64,000 nt of DNA, from NCBI GenBank assembly GCA_963827805.1, contig CAWHCC010000002.1, positions 338,261-402,260 of the forward strand, given 5' to 3'. Below the pieces are notes generated by a model that searched no databases, had not been told where the DNA came from, and was given only the letters and a program-made list of their open reading frames with translations. The position numbers and the translations under genes are program-made. This document shows, in pieces, positions 53,781-63,620 of the stretch (position 1 is the stretch's first letter; each line of letters opens with the position of its first letter). The stretch is from an uncultured Chloroflexia bacterium (lineage in GTDB: Bacteria; Chloroflexota; Anaerolineae; Anaerolineales; UBA11858).

Positions 53781-54401
53781 TTATTCCAAGTAGTAAGACA
53801 TGCGTTGTAAGTGGGTTGCCGGATCGATATATTGAATGCGTACTTTCAGAGGAGCGCTAACTCGGATGGGTGCATAATTTAAAATTGCCTGGACACCCGC
53901 ATCCACCAATTGATCAACAACCTCTTGGGCAAATGTCGCAGGCGTAGCTACCATCGCTACCTTAACTCCGGCATTCCGGATGGTTTCAACCATATTGCTG
54001 ATATCCAGAATTTCAAAATTGTCCAATTTCGTCCCAATTTTATTGGGATCATTATCGAAAATCATTATTACCTGGAAACCGCGATCTCTAAAGCCTTGAT
54101 AACGGGCAAGGGCATGACCAACATCACCAGCTCCAACCACAGCCATATCCCAAACCCGGTCAAGTTTTAAAATTTGGCGCAGTTGTTCCATTAAATATTC
54201 TATATTGTAACCAGTTCCCTGCTTGCCAAATTCTCCAAATTGAGATAAATCTTTACGAATTTGGGCCGCAGATATTCCTAAAAGTTCACCAAGTTCTTGT
54301 GAAGATGTCACCTGCCTACCTTCTTGGGTCATGCGCTGCAAAGCCCTTAAATAAAGTGGCAGCCTCCCTATTACAATATCTGGTATCTCGGTTTTGGCCA
54401 T
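53781..54401 (-). CDS. rex: Redox-sensing transcriptional repressor Rex
   Basis: RLPLYLR, QIRKDLS.FG.FG..G.GY, VGAG..G, ILNYAP. Confidence 0.97.
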   Translation of the reverse strand: MAKTEIPDIVIGRLPLYLRALQRMTQEGRQVTSSQELGELLGISAAQIRKDLSQFGEFGKQGTGYNIEYLMEQLRQILKLDRVWDMAVVGAGDVGHALARYQGFRDRGFQVIMIFDNDPNKIGTKLDNFEILDISNMVETIRNAGVKVAMVATPATFAQEVVDQLVDAGVQAILNYAPIRVSAPLKVRIQYIDPATHLQRMSYYLE

Positions 54402-54473
54402 GAGAAACTCCTTTTACAAATAAAAAATGTGAATGTTCTTACCAGCAATAAACGCCTTGTACTTTCTAGCGCA

Positions 54474-54514
54474 ATTATAGCACAAGCGCGGTGCAATCAA
54501 GCCGGTGGTATAAT
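54474..54514. promoter_or_regulatory. Divergent extended -10 promoters for rex and obgE
   Basis: TGCTATAAT on minus (54474-54482) and TGGTATAAT on plus (54506-54514). Confidence 0.65.
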
Positions 54515-54603
54515 AGAATGTTTAGGAATCTTTGTGACAGCTACACCTAACCTCGGCAACTCCTAGAGAATAAAAGAATCTTCCAAGTTTTTAGGTAAAT
54601 CTT

Positions 54604-55868
54604 ATGTTTATTGATGAAGTTCAAATTAATTTGGTATCGGGTAAAGGCGGTGATGGCGCTATTCATTTTCGCCGGGAGAAATATGTGCCTCGTGGTGGAC
54701 CGGATGGTGGGGATGGGGGCTATGGTGCCAGTGTGATTTTGGAAGCGAAGTCAACCTTGAATACGCTCTCATCATTCCGAAATCGCAAAGATTTTCGCGC
54801 GCCTGATGGGTCTCGTGGGGGTGGCAACAATCAGACAGGCCGTTCGGCGGAGGACCTGATTATCTATGTCCCACCTGGGACTTTAGCTTATGATGCGGAT
54901 ACTAATGATTTGTTAGGGGATCTGGTAGCGGATGGTGAGCAGTTGGTGGTTTGCAAAGGCGGGCGCGGTGGGCGGGGAACGCGCGCTTCGCTTCATCGCG
55001 CAACAAAGCCCCCCGAATTGCTGAAAAAGGTGAGCCGGGCGAGCAGCGTAACCTTCGCCTGGAGCTAAAACTGATTGCAGATGTGGGTCTGGTTGGAGTG
55101 CCCAATGCGGGAAAATCGACGCTTCTCTCTGTAATCACAAATGCAAAGCCTAAGATAGCGGCCTATCCGTTTACCACCATAACGCCTAACTTGGGTGTGG
55201 CTCAATTGGATCTCGATAACTCATTAGTTCTGGCGGATATTCCTGGGCTAATTGAAGGTGCACACCAGGGAATTGGCTTGGGTCATGATTTTCTACGGCA
55301 TATTCAAAGGACGCGTGTTTTGATCCATTTGTTGGATGGAATGTCGGAAGATCCTGTTATGGATTTTTCTCAAATAAATAGTGAGTTAGCCCTCTTTGAC
55401 CCTGATCTGGCTGATAAACCGCAATTGGTCGTGTTCAATAAAATGGACTTGCCCGATGTGCAAGTGCGTTGGCCTGAAGTAAAGGCTGCTCTCGAAGAGC
55501 GCGGCTATGAACCCATGTCGATTTCTGCGGTCGCGGGAACTGATGTTCGCCCTGTCCTCTATCGCGCAGCTCAATTATTGGCAGGCGCACCTCCGATGCC
55601 GGAACCTGAGCAGACCCCAGTTTATCGGGTTGAGGAAGACCCTCGAGAATTTACAGTCGAATATGATGAAGAATTGGATGGTTGGCGCGTGTCGGGCGCC
55701 TCTATTGAGCGAGCTGCCGCGATGACGTATTGGGAGCACGATCAAGCTGTAAGACGCTTCCAACGGATCCTGAACGCATTAGGCATTGAAGATGCTTTGC
55801 GGAAAGCCGGTGTTGAAGAGGGCGATTCGGTTTTTATCGGTGAGTTTGAACTAGAGTGGCAAGACTGA
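54604..55868 (+). CDS. obgE: GTPase ObgE/CgtA; frameshift near 54976
   Basis: FRREK.VP.GGPDGGDGG, GVPNAGKS, YPFTT, DIPG, NKMD, OCT domain. Confidence 0.97.
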
Positions 55869-55881
55869 TCCGTAATCGTCG

Positions 55882-56493
55882 ATGACAGAAAAGTTGGGTA
55901 TTTTTGGCGGCACTTTCGATCCTCCTCATATTGGGCATCAAATTTTAGCTGCGGAAGCGATAGACCAACTGGGGTTGGAAAAGGTGCTTTGGGTTCTGAC
56001 CCCCTTTCCGCCGCACAAACGAAAAAGAACGATTACGCCCCTGCTTACTCGCTTGAAAATGGTAGAGGCAACAATTGCAGAAAATCCAGATTTTGAATTA
56101 TCTCGGGTTGATATTGATCGGTCGCCACCTCATTACGCGCTGGATACAGTTCGCTTGTTACAGGGACGACACCCAAAAGCACAATTAATATATTTGATGG
56201 GAGGTGATTCGTTGAATGATCTGCCGACCTGGTTTTCTTACCAGGAATTTATAGCTGGCTGCCATTCTCTGGGTGTGATGCGCCGTCCGGGAGATGGAAT
56301 CGATCTAAGGGAGCTCGATACCCAAATCCCCGAGATCACCTCCAAAGTGAAGTTTATTGATGCGCCACTATTGGAAATATCTGCCTCTCAAATTCGCAGC
56401 AAAATCCACCAGGGAAAACCATTCCGCTACTTATTACCACAATCTGTTTATCAAATTATCCAAGAAAACAATCCTTACCTGGAACCATCCTAA
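55882..56493 (+). CDS. nadD: Nicotinate-nucleotide adenylyltransferase
   Basis: GGTFDPPHIGH, PPHK, ISASQIR. Confidence 0.96.
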   Translation: MTEKLGIFGGTFDPPHIGHQILAAEAIDQLGLEKVLWVLTPFPPHKRKRTITPLLTRLKMVEATIAENPDFELSRVDIDRSPPHYALDTVRLLQGRHPKAQLIYLMGGDSLNDLPTWFSYQEFIAGCHSLGVMRRPGDGIDLRELDTQIPEITSKVKFIDAPLLEISASQIRSKIHQGKPFRYLLPQSVYQIIQENNPYLEPS

Positions 56494-57311
56494 TGGAGTT
56501 TGGTATGTCGGTAATCCAAATTCCTGAAGCATTTTCTGAAGTTTTAGGCTTGGGCGCGCCCAAAGCAGTATATTTGGCAAAGAGAGGGAGCCGCTGGGGG
56601 GCTTTGGTCCTTATGTTCTTGTTGTTCTTAGGGACGGTCGCAGCGTTGCTCTGGGGAGTGTACAATGCCTATACTCGTTATCTGAAATTTGGTCCAGCCA
56701 TCGTGGTTTCAAGCTTGACCGGTCCTTGGATTTTGGCAGGCGTATTGTTTTTCATTGGCCTGGTAATTGCCTGGAACGCATACAGCAATTGGAGGAAGGC
56801 CGCGGTAGTTTACCAAAATGGTTTAGCATACCGGGATCGAAAAAATATTTTTACCTGGCGTTGGGATGAATTTGGTTCAATGACTGCCGCGGTTACCAAA
56901 CATTACACCAACGGGATCTACACCGGCACCACCCATATTTACACATTGGTTAAAAGGGACGGTGAGAAGTTTGTGATCAACGATACGATTGCCAACGTTG
57001 AAAATTTGGCCGCTGATATTCGCCAGAGTATTTTTCCACTGTTGTATGATATTTATGCTCAAGCTTATAACGAAGGGAAAAACTGCACCTTTGGCCCGGT
57101 GAAACTTAATAAGTCGGCTGGTATACAGGTGGGTAAAAAAGTATTCCCTTGGGATGAGGTTGAACAGGTGGCGATCCAACAAGGCAAATTGTCGGTAAAG
57201 AAATATGGCGGCGGATGGTTAAGCGGTGCAAGTACTAATGCCGCTTCAATACCTAATCTGGAAGTGATGCTGTCTATTGTGGATCAGGTTGTAGGGTTGG
57301 AAACCAACTAA
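56493..57311 (+). CDS. Membrane protein of unknown function (DUF6585-like)
   Basis: 2 N-terminal TMs then two W-D-E type repeats (WRWDEF, PWDEV), IPN. Confidence 0.6.
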   Translation: MEFGMSVIQIPEAFSEVLGLGAPKAVYLAKRGSRWGALVLMFLLFLGTVAALLWGVYNAYTRYLKFGPAIVVSSLTGPWILAGVLFFIGLVIAWNAYSNWRKAAVVYQNGLAYRDRKNIFTWRWDEFGSMTAAVTKHYTNGIYTGTTHIYTLVKRDGEKFVINDTIANVENLAADIRQSIFPLLYDIYAQAYNEGKNCTFGPVKLNKSAGIQVGKKVFPWDEVEQVAIQQGKLSVKKYGGGWLSGASTNAASIPNLEVMLSIVDQVVGLETN

Positions 57312-57369
57312 TTTTAGACCGCCAAGGTTACATCAACCCTCGGATGTCTGGGGGAAAATGCTAGAAAAG

Positions 57370-58637
57370 TTAGCCTGGTATGATGATATTTTTCATCCAT
57401 TTGAGCGTGGGATCGGTTTGAACAGGATCAGCTTGAACGATCTGTTCAACCTCCAGATACTTGCTGAACGTTTGTAGACATTCTACTAACGAGGTTCTCA
57501 TATCTTCATCGAGATTGATTCCAGCCTCCCACCACCAGTTTTGGATGGTCAGGATCCGCTTTTTTTTGTCGAAGGCTGGATCCACACGAGCAATCAAACG
57601 GTCACCATAAAGCACTGGGAGGACATAGTAGCCATATTCTCGCTGCGCTTTCGGTTTGTAAACCTCCCACCGATAATAGAAATCAAAGAGACTTTCGATC
57701 AAGCCTCGGTTCCACATCAAATTATCGAGCGGGGCAATCAAAGCTGCTTTTGCGTTTGTGCCAGAGGGAGCGGATAGAGTTTTGAGGGTTGGGAGATCGA
57801 TTGCTCGAATGAATAGTACTTCCCCTGGAAGCCCTTCAACTGCTAATGGAACGATTTTTCCCTGGGAGGTGAGACGATTGAGAGTGATGCGCCGCTCTTT
57901 ACTATCGACCCCAATAATGCCGCTCCAATATTCGCTGGATTTGATCTGAGCTAAACCCAAACTACCAACTCGGCGGAGCACATGCCAACTCCGGTACTCT
58001 TCAATAGTTGAGAAAGGGTTGGGGGAAATTAACAATTTCTCTGGTAGCAGATTTTCGATCAAATCGAAGTAGCGGCGGTTATTTACCCGATGATCTACCC
58101 CTAAAAACCCGCGGCTGAAAAGATATTCCATTGCAGCCCGCACAGCTTTTGTCGGCCCCCAATGCCAATCAACTTTATCATACTCTTTGAAATCGATTGA
58201 GGAAAGGCGCCGCGCAGACGAATTTGTTCAAGGGTTTCGTTGATGATTGTATCCGGTGGTTTACGGGAGTTTGGATTTTCGCGCAAGAAATCCCGTCGGT
58301 AAGTAAAACTTGGCCATTCCGTTGTTGCGTAGATACAGGCCATTTTATCCCAGCCATCGATAAGGGTGCGATCTTCATAAAGAAGGTGATCAAGAAATAT
58401 GGCGCGGTAATCCTCCACGCGGGATTGCAGCACCAGATCAGGGTTGCGCCCGACGATATTGATGGGATCAAATTGGATACTGCCAACTTTTTGGATATAT
58501 CTGAGAATTCCTTCTTTGCCCTGGTGTTGGCGCGGCGGCCAAAGGGAATGATGTGCCAGCATAAAGCGACGGGCATCGACCTTAGATATGGTGATTTGAG
58601 GAGCTGGTAATTTAGTAGGGGGCATCTGAGACCTCAT
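57370..58637 (-). CDS. YcaQ/AlkZ-like crosslink-repair DNA glycosylase (HTH_42); frameshifts near 58140-58205
   Basis: IQFDPINIVGRN...LQSR, IAPLDNLMW, YRWEVY.PK..R.YGYYVLP. Confidence 0.88.
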
Positions 58638-58648
58638 CAGAAATTATT

Positions 58649-58673
58649 AGAACAAACGTCCGTATTTTACCAT
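58649..58673 (-). promoter_or_regulatory. Candidate LexA box next to an extended -10
   Basis: GAAC-AAAC-GTCC (1 mismatch to GAAC-N4-GTTC) at 58650-58661; TGGTAAAAT on minus at 58664-58672. Confidence 0.55.
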
Positions 58674-58685
58674 GGGCTGTGAAGG

Positions 58686-59717
58686 TCAGTTGCCATCCGT
58701 AGCGATGTAATCCCAAAATGCCAGCGCGATATCTCCAATGGTTTTGTCGAGTACCTCATAAGTGGTTTCAGGTTCACTGTTATAAGCAAACAATGTGATG
58801 ATATAGTCTGGTCCAACGGGGTTTTCTATAATTGCACTGTCAGCAACCACATACGGGGTGAGAAGAGAACCTCGTTTATTAAAGATTTGATAACTTTCTG
58901 GGATCGAAAATCTCAAAATTCCGATGCGTGTGTCATCGTTAGGTGTGTATTCGCTGAGATAATCCAGAATAATTTTTTGAGCGGTCAGATTTACAAAATC
59001 CCCCAAATAAAACCTTTCCAAAAGTGAGGCTACACCTTCAACTGTGTACCGTCTCGCATTGAGATCAATCCCCTCAAGCTGCCATGCTCTTAGCTGAGCT
59101 GGAACATTTACAAAAACCCCAATATATTCGAGCAAAATATCCGTGGCGTCCTCTTCAGATGTAACTATCATCGCCTGTAATAATTGTTCGAAGGTCCTTC
59201 CACCGGTGCCAGTAGATTTTAGGTGGTCGGCTAATTGGGGTTCAGCAATGCCTTTCTGCTCTAAGGCTTCGAAAAACAAAAAGGCTAAGGGTACCTTCAC
59301 AACGGAAGCTATGTTTATCCTTTGTTCTGACAGAAGGGAATAATAAATTGGCCCATCAACTTCTTTGATGACAACATGCCAGCGCCCACCAGCCTGGAGG
59401 ATGATTTGATCGATTTGCTCAGTTAGTTCCGGATATTCTGGATAAATTGGCTGCGTGGCCTGCGGGAAAATTTGAGTTGTTCTTATTTGGGTCTTTGTGG
59501 GGACAGGGGTGTCCGTTGGCAACGTCTTCGTTGGAGGAAGGGTAATTGTCTCTGTTGGGAGAAGGGTGATATTGGCTCTGGAATGTGTTTCATCTGCTTC
59601 CAGGGTTTCTTGAAATGGGGTTGGAAACAATCCGTTTTCAGGTGCCGGAACCTGAATTTGGCAGCCGACAATGAGTAGCGATATCAAAATACTGAACAAA
59701 GACTTTCTATTTATCAC
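58686..59717 (-). CDS. Lipoprotein, class A beta-lactamase-like serine hydrolase
   Basis: LIVGC lipobox, PT-rich linker, ASVVK, SEE, KRG. Confidence 0.82.
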   Translation of the reverse strand: MINRKSLFSILISLLIVGCQIQVPAPENGLFPTPFQETLEADETHSRANITLLPTETITLPPTKTLPTDTPVPTKTQIRTTQIFPQATQPIYPEYPELTEQIDQIILQAGGRWHVVIKEVDGPIYYSLLSEQRINIASVVKVPLAFLFFEALEQKGIAEPQLADHLKSTGTGGRTFEQLLQAMIVTSEEDATDILLEYIGVFVNVPAQLRAWQLEGIDLNARRYTVEGVASLLERFYLGDFVNLTAQKIILDYLSEYTPNDDTRIGILRFSIPESYQIFNKRGSLLTPYVVADSAIIENPVGPDYIITLFAYNSEPETTYEVLDKTIGDIALAFWDYIATDGN

Positions 59718-59829
59718 AATGGAAATATTGTACCCTCTCAGCCATTATTTAGTAGTTCAACCGCGTGTTCCTATGTTTCTCCCACTCCGAAATTCCTGTT
59801 TTGAGGAACTGCTTTTCGCAAAATTGCTC

Positions 59830-61489
59830 GGCATGGTTCATAAATAGCCAGAAATTAGTGGACACTTTTTAGGACCTTGAAAAAAGAATAGGTAAGAATT
59901 CAATCAACAACCGAGCTCTCAAAGAGACTATTGAATGCATTGGCTAGGGAAGGTGGATCATTTACGCCAGCAAGTTGTAAAGGGCTACTTCCGGCCCGCT
60001 TGCCTCTGGAAAAGACATGATGGTTCCAGAACAGCTGGAGCAGAGGGAACAACCAACCGGGCATCCCGCGATGAATGGACAAATACGGGCGCAGCCAACT
60101 ATGGAGCGATTCGGCCAGAGATGAACTCCGATGGAAAAGAGCGAATGCATCCCAGATAGCAGCTGCGGTTCTCCGCCACTGAGCGGGGACGGTTTCCAGT
60201 TGTTGGATCCCATTGCGCCAACTGGCCAGGATCCAGGCTTCCAAATCGGCGGGGAGATTTCTGCGCCAGGGTGCCAGGGTTTCATACAGCCAGCGCAAGG
60301 GAGCCAGCAGTTCATCAAGATGATCCTGCAGTTGCTGAGCAAAATCGGCGAGGCTGTTGCCGGGCAGGGTGTGGATGAGTTCGATCGCGGTTTCCAAAGT
60401 CTGCTGCGCTTGAAGAGGGTCTTGCAAACCATGAAAGTTTGTGATTGGCTCTAGCGCTTGGTGGACCTCGGTCAGCAGCCAACAGAAGTTTTCATAAGTG
60501 GCGATGGCCTGAGTTTCCTGCAGCTGGGCTTCTGCGGCAGTCAGGTCCACTTTCAAAGGACGACCTTGCCGCTTGGTAGTTTGGTTGGCTTCGCGTTCGG
60601 CTCGAACGGTCTTCTCAGCAATGCGGATGGCTTTGTAAGCCGCCTTTTCCAGTCGATTTTGCACCTTTTTACCATCCCGCAGCAGGTGAAACAAGTCTGG
60701 GCGTAGCGGTACAGCCAATTCCGCATCCCGCAGTCCCGCTCGAATGCCACGGGCCCCATCGGCAGCCAGGTCTTGAAAAACGACACCCTGGTCTACTAAG
60801 TCCAGAAACGTCAGTCCCCAGTTGGTAGCATCTCGGCTTTCGGCAGCCGATAGATTGAGAACGAGAAATGAGCGCCCATCCACGACTGTCAAACATGGCT
60901 TGCGTCCGGAAAAAATCTCATCCGCTTCACCCAACACTGGCAGCGGCACTCGCATCCCATCATTCTTCCGGTCAGCCGCCTGACCGGCTGCTTGCAAGGT
61001 CTGGCTAATGTAGCCGACCGACCGCTGGACACCGAACAACAATTCCAGACCGGTTTGGATATTACGCACCGATCCCGTCAGCACCGGCATCACTGCAATC
61101 GCTTTGCGGATCATCTCCCGGTCGACCCGCAAAAGGTTCTCTTCCACTGGTCGTCCAACTGGCTTGGGTTTCAATGCTGCTTCCAGGGCTTCTTTCACTC
61201 GATCCTTGATTTGGTACAGCAAGCTTCGTGAGATGCCGTACGCCTCAGCCAATTCGCTCGCCCGGCCCCAGCCGCGTATTTCAGCCGGAGATAACATTTC
61301 GATCCCCAGAAAAATCCGGGTTGACAAATCTAAGTCTTTGCGGCGATACTCTAACATGGGGAGCCTCCTGTCGGTTTGATAAGGTTTTGGTCAACCATTA
61401 TCTTGCCAGATTTGGCGGCTCCCTTCAACCTATTCTTTTGGTAATGTTCTTTTTGACACTAATGTGTCTACTTATTTATGAACCATCCC
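59830..61489 (-). mobile_element. Complete insertion sequence, about 1.66 kb
   Basis: 17-bp TIRs GGCATGGTTCATAAATA vs GGGATGGTTCATAAATA; AATTGCTC duplicated at 59822-59829 and 61491-61498; single transposase; GC-richer than flanks. Confidence 0.93.
59900..61357 (-). CDS. DDE transposase
   Basis: N-terminal HTH (ASELAEAYGISR), EADE, AADG, DLFH, SSSLAESLHS..R, WNH. Confidence 0.88.
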   Translation of the reverse strand: MLEYRRKDLDLSTRIFLGIEMLSPAEIRGWGRASELAEAYGISRSLLYQIKDRVKEALEAALKPKPVGRPVEENLLRVDREMIRKAIAVMPVLTGSVRNIQTGLELLFGVQRSVGYISQTLQAAGQAADRKNDGMRVPLPVLGEADEIFSGRKPCLTVVDGRSFLVLNLSAAESRDATNWGLTFLDLVDQGVVFQDLAADGARGIRAGLRDAELAVPLRPDLFHLLRDGKKVQNRLEKAAYKAIRIAEKTVRAEREANQTTKRQGRPLKVDLTAAEAQLQETQAIATYENFCWLLTEVHQALEPITNFHGLQDPLQAQQTLETAIELIHTLPGNSLADFAQQLQDHLDELLAPLRWLYETLAPWRRNLPADLEAWILASWRNGIQQLETVPAQWRRTAAAIWDAFALFHRSSSLAESLHSWLRPYLSIHRGMPGWLFPLLQLFWNHHVFSRGKRAGSSPLQLAGVNDPPSLANAFNSLFESSVVD

Positions 61490-61596
61490 TAATTGCTCCG
61501 ATAAAAATTCCCAATATTTCGGCACCATACTTGTCGGGGAATATTTCTTGGGGTATATTTGAACCGTTCCCAGTGATTTGTAAGCTTTGATAAACC

Positions 61597-62535
61597 GTGA
61601 AATCAATGAATAAAGAACAAAAATTTTTTAAATCTCTGTGTAACCGGTTACATATCCGTTATGATATGTTGTTCGGATTGTTATTAATTTCTCCCTGGCT
61701 GATTGGATTCCTGCTGTTTAAGTTGTTACCAATTTTGGCCTCATTGGGGATTTCATTTTCAAACTTTTTTATGCTCACCCCAGAAGAAACCGAATTTATC
61801 GGTTTGGGAAATTATCTCCGTCTGTTTGATGATTCGGCGGTTGGCTATGTATTGTTTGAAACCTTAGCGGCAGCTTTTTTCACTGTTCCTCTACAATTAT
61901 TTGCTTCGATTGGACTGGCTGCCTTATTGAACAGCTCACGACTAAAAGGTGGGATGGCACTGCGAACACTTTTCTTTTTCCCAAGCATTATTCCGAGCGT
62001 GGCTGTGCTCTTCATGTGGTTTGGTTTTGTCGATCCGTCTACAGGGTGGCTCAATCGTTTGATTCTGGAACCATTGGGGCTGACAGGCTTTAATGATGTT
62101 TATTCTGAAGGAGCCATGGCGCTGCTCTTTGGAATCAGTTCTTTGTGGTCGATTGGTCCAGGGATGCTAATCATGCTAGGGGCGATGCAAAGCCTTTCGC
62201 CAGAGGTTCACGAAGCTGCCCGCGTGGATGGCGCTGGTCCGATAGTGCGGTTCTTTTCGATTACACTTCCACTGATTTCTCCCGCAGTATTTTTTGCTTT
62301 GGTAATCAATCTGATTGCGGTATTTGGAGGCGTTGTGCTTTTGGACAGGGGAAATGTTTTCAGCGGAAGTGCTTCTCCCTTTGATGGTTATGTATCGTAC
62401 ATGATGTTCAGTAAGATGGAGTTGGGCTATGCCTCCAGCCTGGCCTGGGTTTTCTTCATGATTGTAATGGTCGTGATTGTCATTTTATTCTCGACATCCA
62501 GACGTTGGGTATATTTTCCCGATCAGGAGAAATAA
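61597..62535 (+). CDS. Carbohydrate ABC transporter permease
   Basis: FIGLGNY, EAARVDGA, MELGYAS. Confidence 0.94.
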   Translation: MKSMNKEQKFFKSLCNRLHIRYDMLFGLLLISPWLIGFLLFKLLPILASLGISFSNFFMLTPEETEFIGLGNYLRLFDDSAVGYVLFETLAAAFFTVPLQLFASIGLAALLNSSRLKGGMALRTLFFFPSIIPSVAVLFMWFGFVDPSTGWLNRLILEPLGLTGFNDVYSEGAMALLFGISSLWSIGPGMLIMLGAMQSLSPEVHEAARVDGAGPIVRFFSITLPLISPAVFFALVINLIAVFGGVVLLDRGNVFSGSASPFDGYVSYMMFSKMELGYASSLAWVFFMIVMVVIVILFSTSRRWVYFPDQEK

Positions 62536-62537
62536 CC

Positions 62538-63620
62538 ATGTCCTCTGCGCAAAAATCAAACCGAAATTGGCTGATTCCACAAGCGTATATTTCTCTCTCG
62601 AGCTGGGAGAGATTCGGTTCTGTGCTTTTAAACTTATTTGTTTATGGTCTCCTTATCGTGTATTTATTTCCCGTGGTCTTTATGATTTCGACTGCCTTTA
62701 TGGATTCTGATCAATTGAGTGACCGTTATGCTCCCGTTATTCCATCCCGTCAAGTAACATTCGAATACCAGGGTGAAGAAATTCCTCTCTACAATGTTCC
62801 GTTTGAAGATGGCACTCGGCAATTGGCTTTGATCAATAAGGGACGGCAATCCAGTGAATTTATTGATCCCGACCAGCCTGAATATGATTTGATCCCCTGG
62901 GAGGGAAGTTGGCGTACGCTGAGGGGTGTTTATAAATTTCACGTGACCCTAGATAATTTTACAATTCTATTCCGCTCAATTAAATTTGAACAAATGCTCC
63001 AGAATACCTTATTGATGGTGCTGATCACTGAAATCGGCGTGTTATTGTCGTCTATTGTAGTGGCTTATGGATTTTCGCGGTTCCCGCTGCCAGGTGGGAA
63101 TTTCTTGTTTTATTTGCTGATTGCAACCATGTTGATTCCTGAAAAAGTTACGTTGATTCCGACCTATTTCTTCTTTGTCAAGGTGCTAGATTGGGATGGC
63201 ACTTGGTGGCCCTTATTGCTGCCATTTTTCTTTGGCAGTGCAATCTATATCTTCCTGATGCGTCAGAATTTTCGGAGCATACCCAAGGATTTGGATGAGG
63301 CTGCCATGTTGGATGGTGCTGGTCCATTGCGAATTTTGTTTTCGGTTATTTTGCCACAGTCTTGGCCTGTGGTGATAACCGCATCTCTCTTGCACTTTTT
63401 CTATATGTGGAATGAAACCCGTAACGCCGCACTTTATATCAGCACCCGCCGAGATCTGGCTCCAATATCTTTTGGTATCCAAAACTTTCAATCCCTGGCT
63501 CCAATTCAGAATGTATTACAAGCGAGCGCCCTAATCGTCATGATTGTCCCTGTTGTCGTTTTGTTGGTGTCCCAGCGCTATTTCATGCGCGATATGGTCA
63601 TCACAGGAATGGAAAAATGA
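62538..63620 (+). CDS. Carbohydrate ABC transporter permease
   Basis: AYGFSR, MRQNF..IP.DLDEAAMLDG, QRYF. Confidence 0.93.
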   Translation: MSSAQKSNRNWLIPQAYISLSSWERFGSVLLNLFVYGLLIVYLFPVVFMISTAFMDSDQLSDRYAPVIPSRQVTFEYQGEEIPLYNVPFEDGTRQLALINKGRQSSEFIDPDQPEYDLIPWEGSWRTLRGVYKFHVTLDNFTILFRSIKFEQMLQNTLLMVLITEIGVLLSSIVVAYGFSRFPLPGGNFLFYLLIATMLIPEKVTLIPTYFFFVKVLDWDGTWWPLLLPFFFGSAIYIFLMRQNFRSIPKDLDEAAMLDGAGPLRILFSVILPQSWPVVITASLLHFFYMWNETRNAALYISTRRDLAPISFGIQNFQSLAPIQNVLQASALIVMIVPVVVLLVSQRYFMRDMVITGMEK

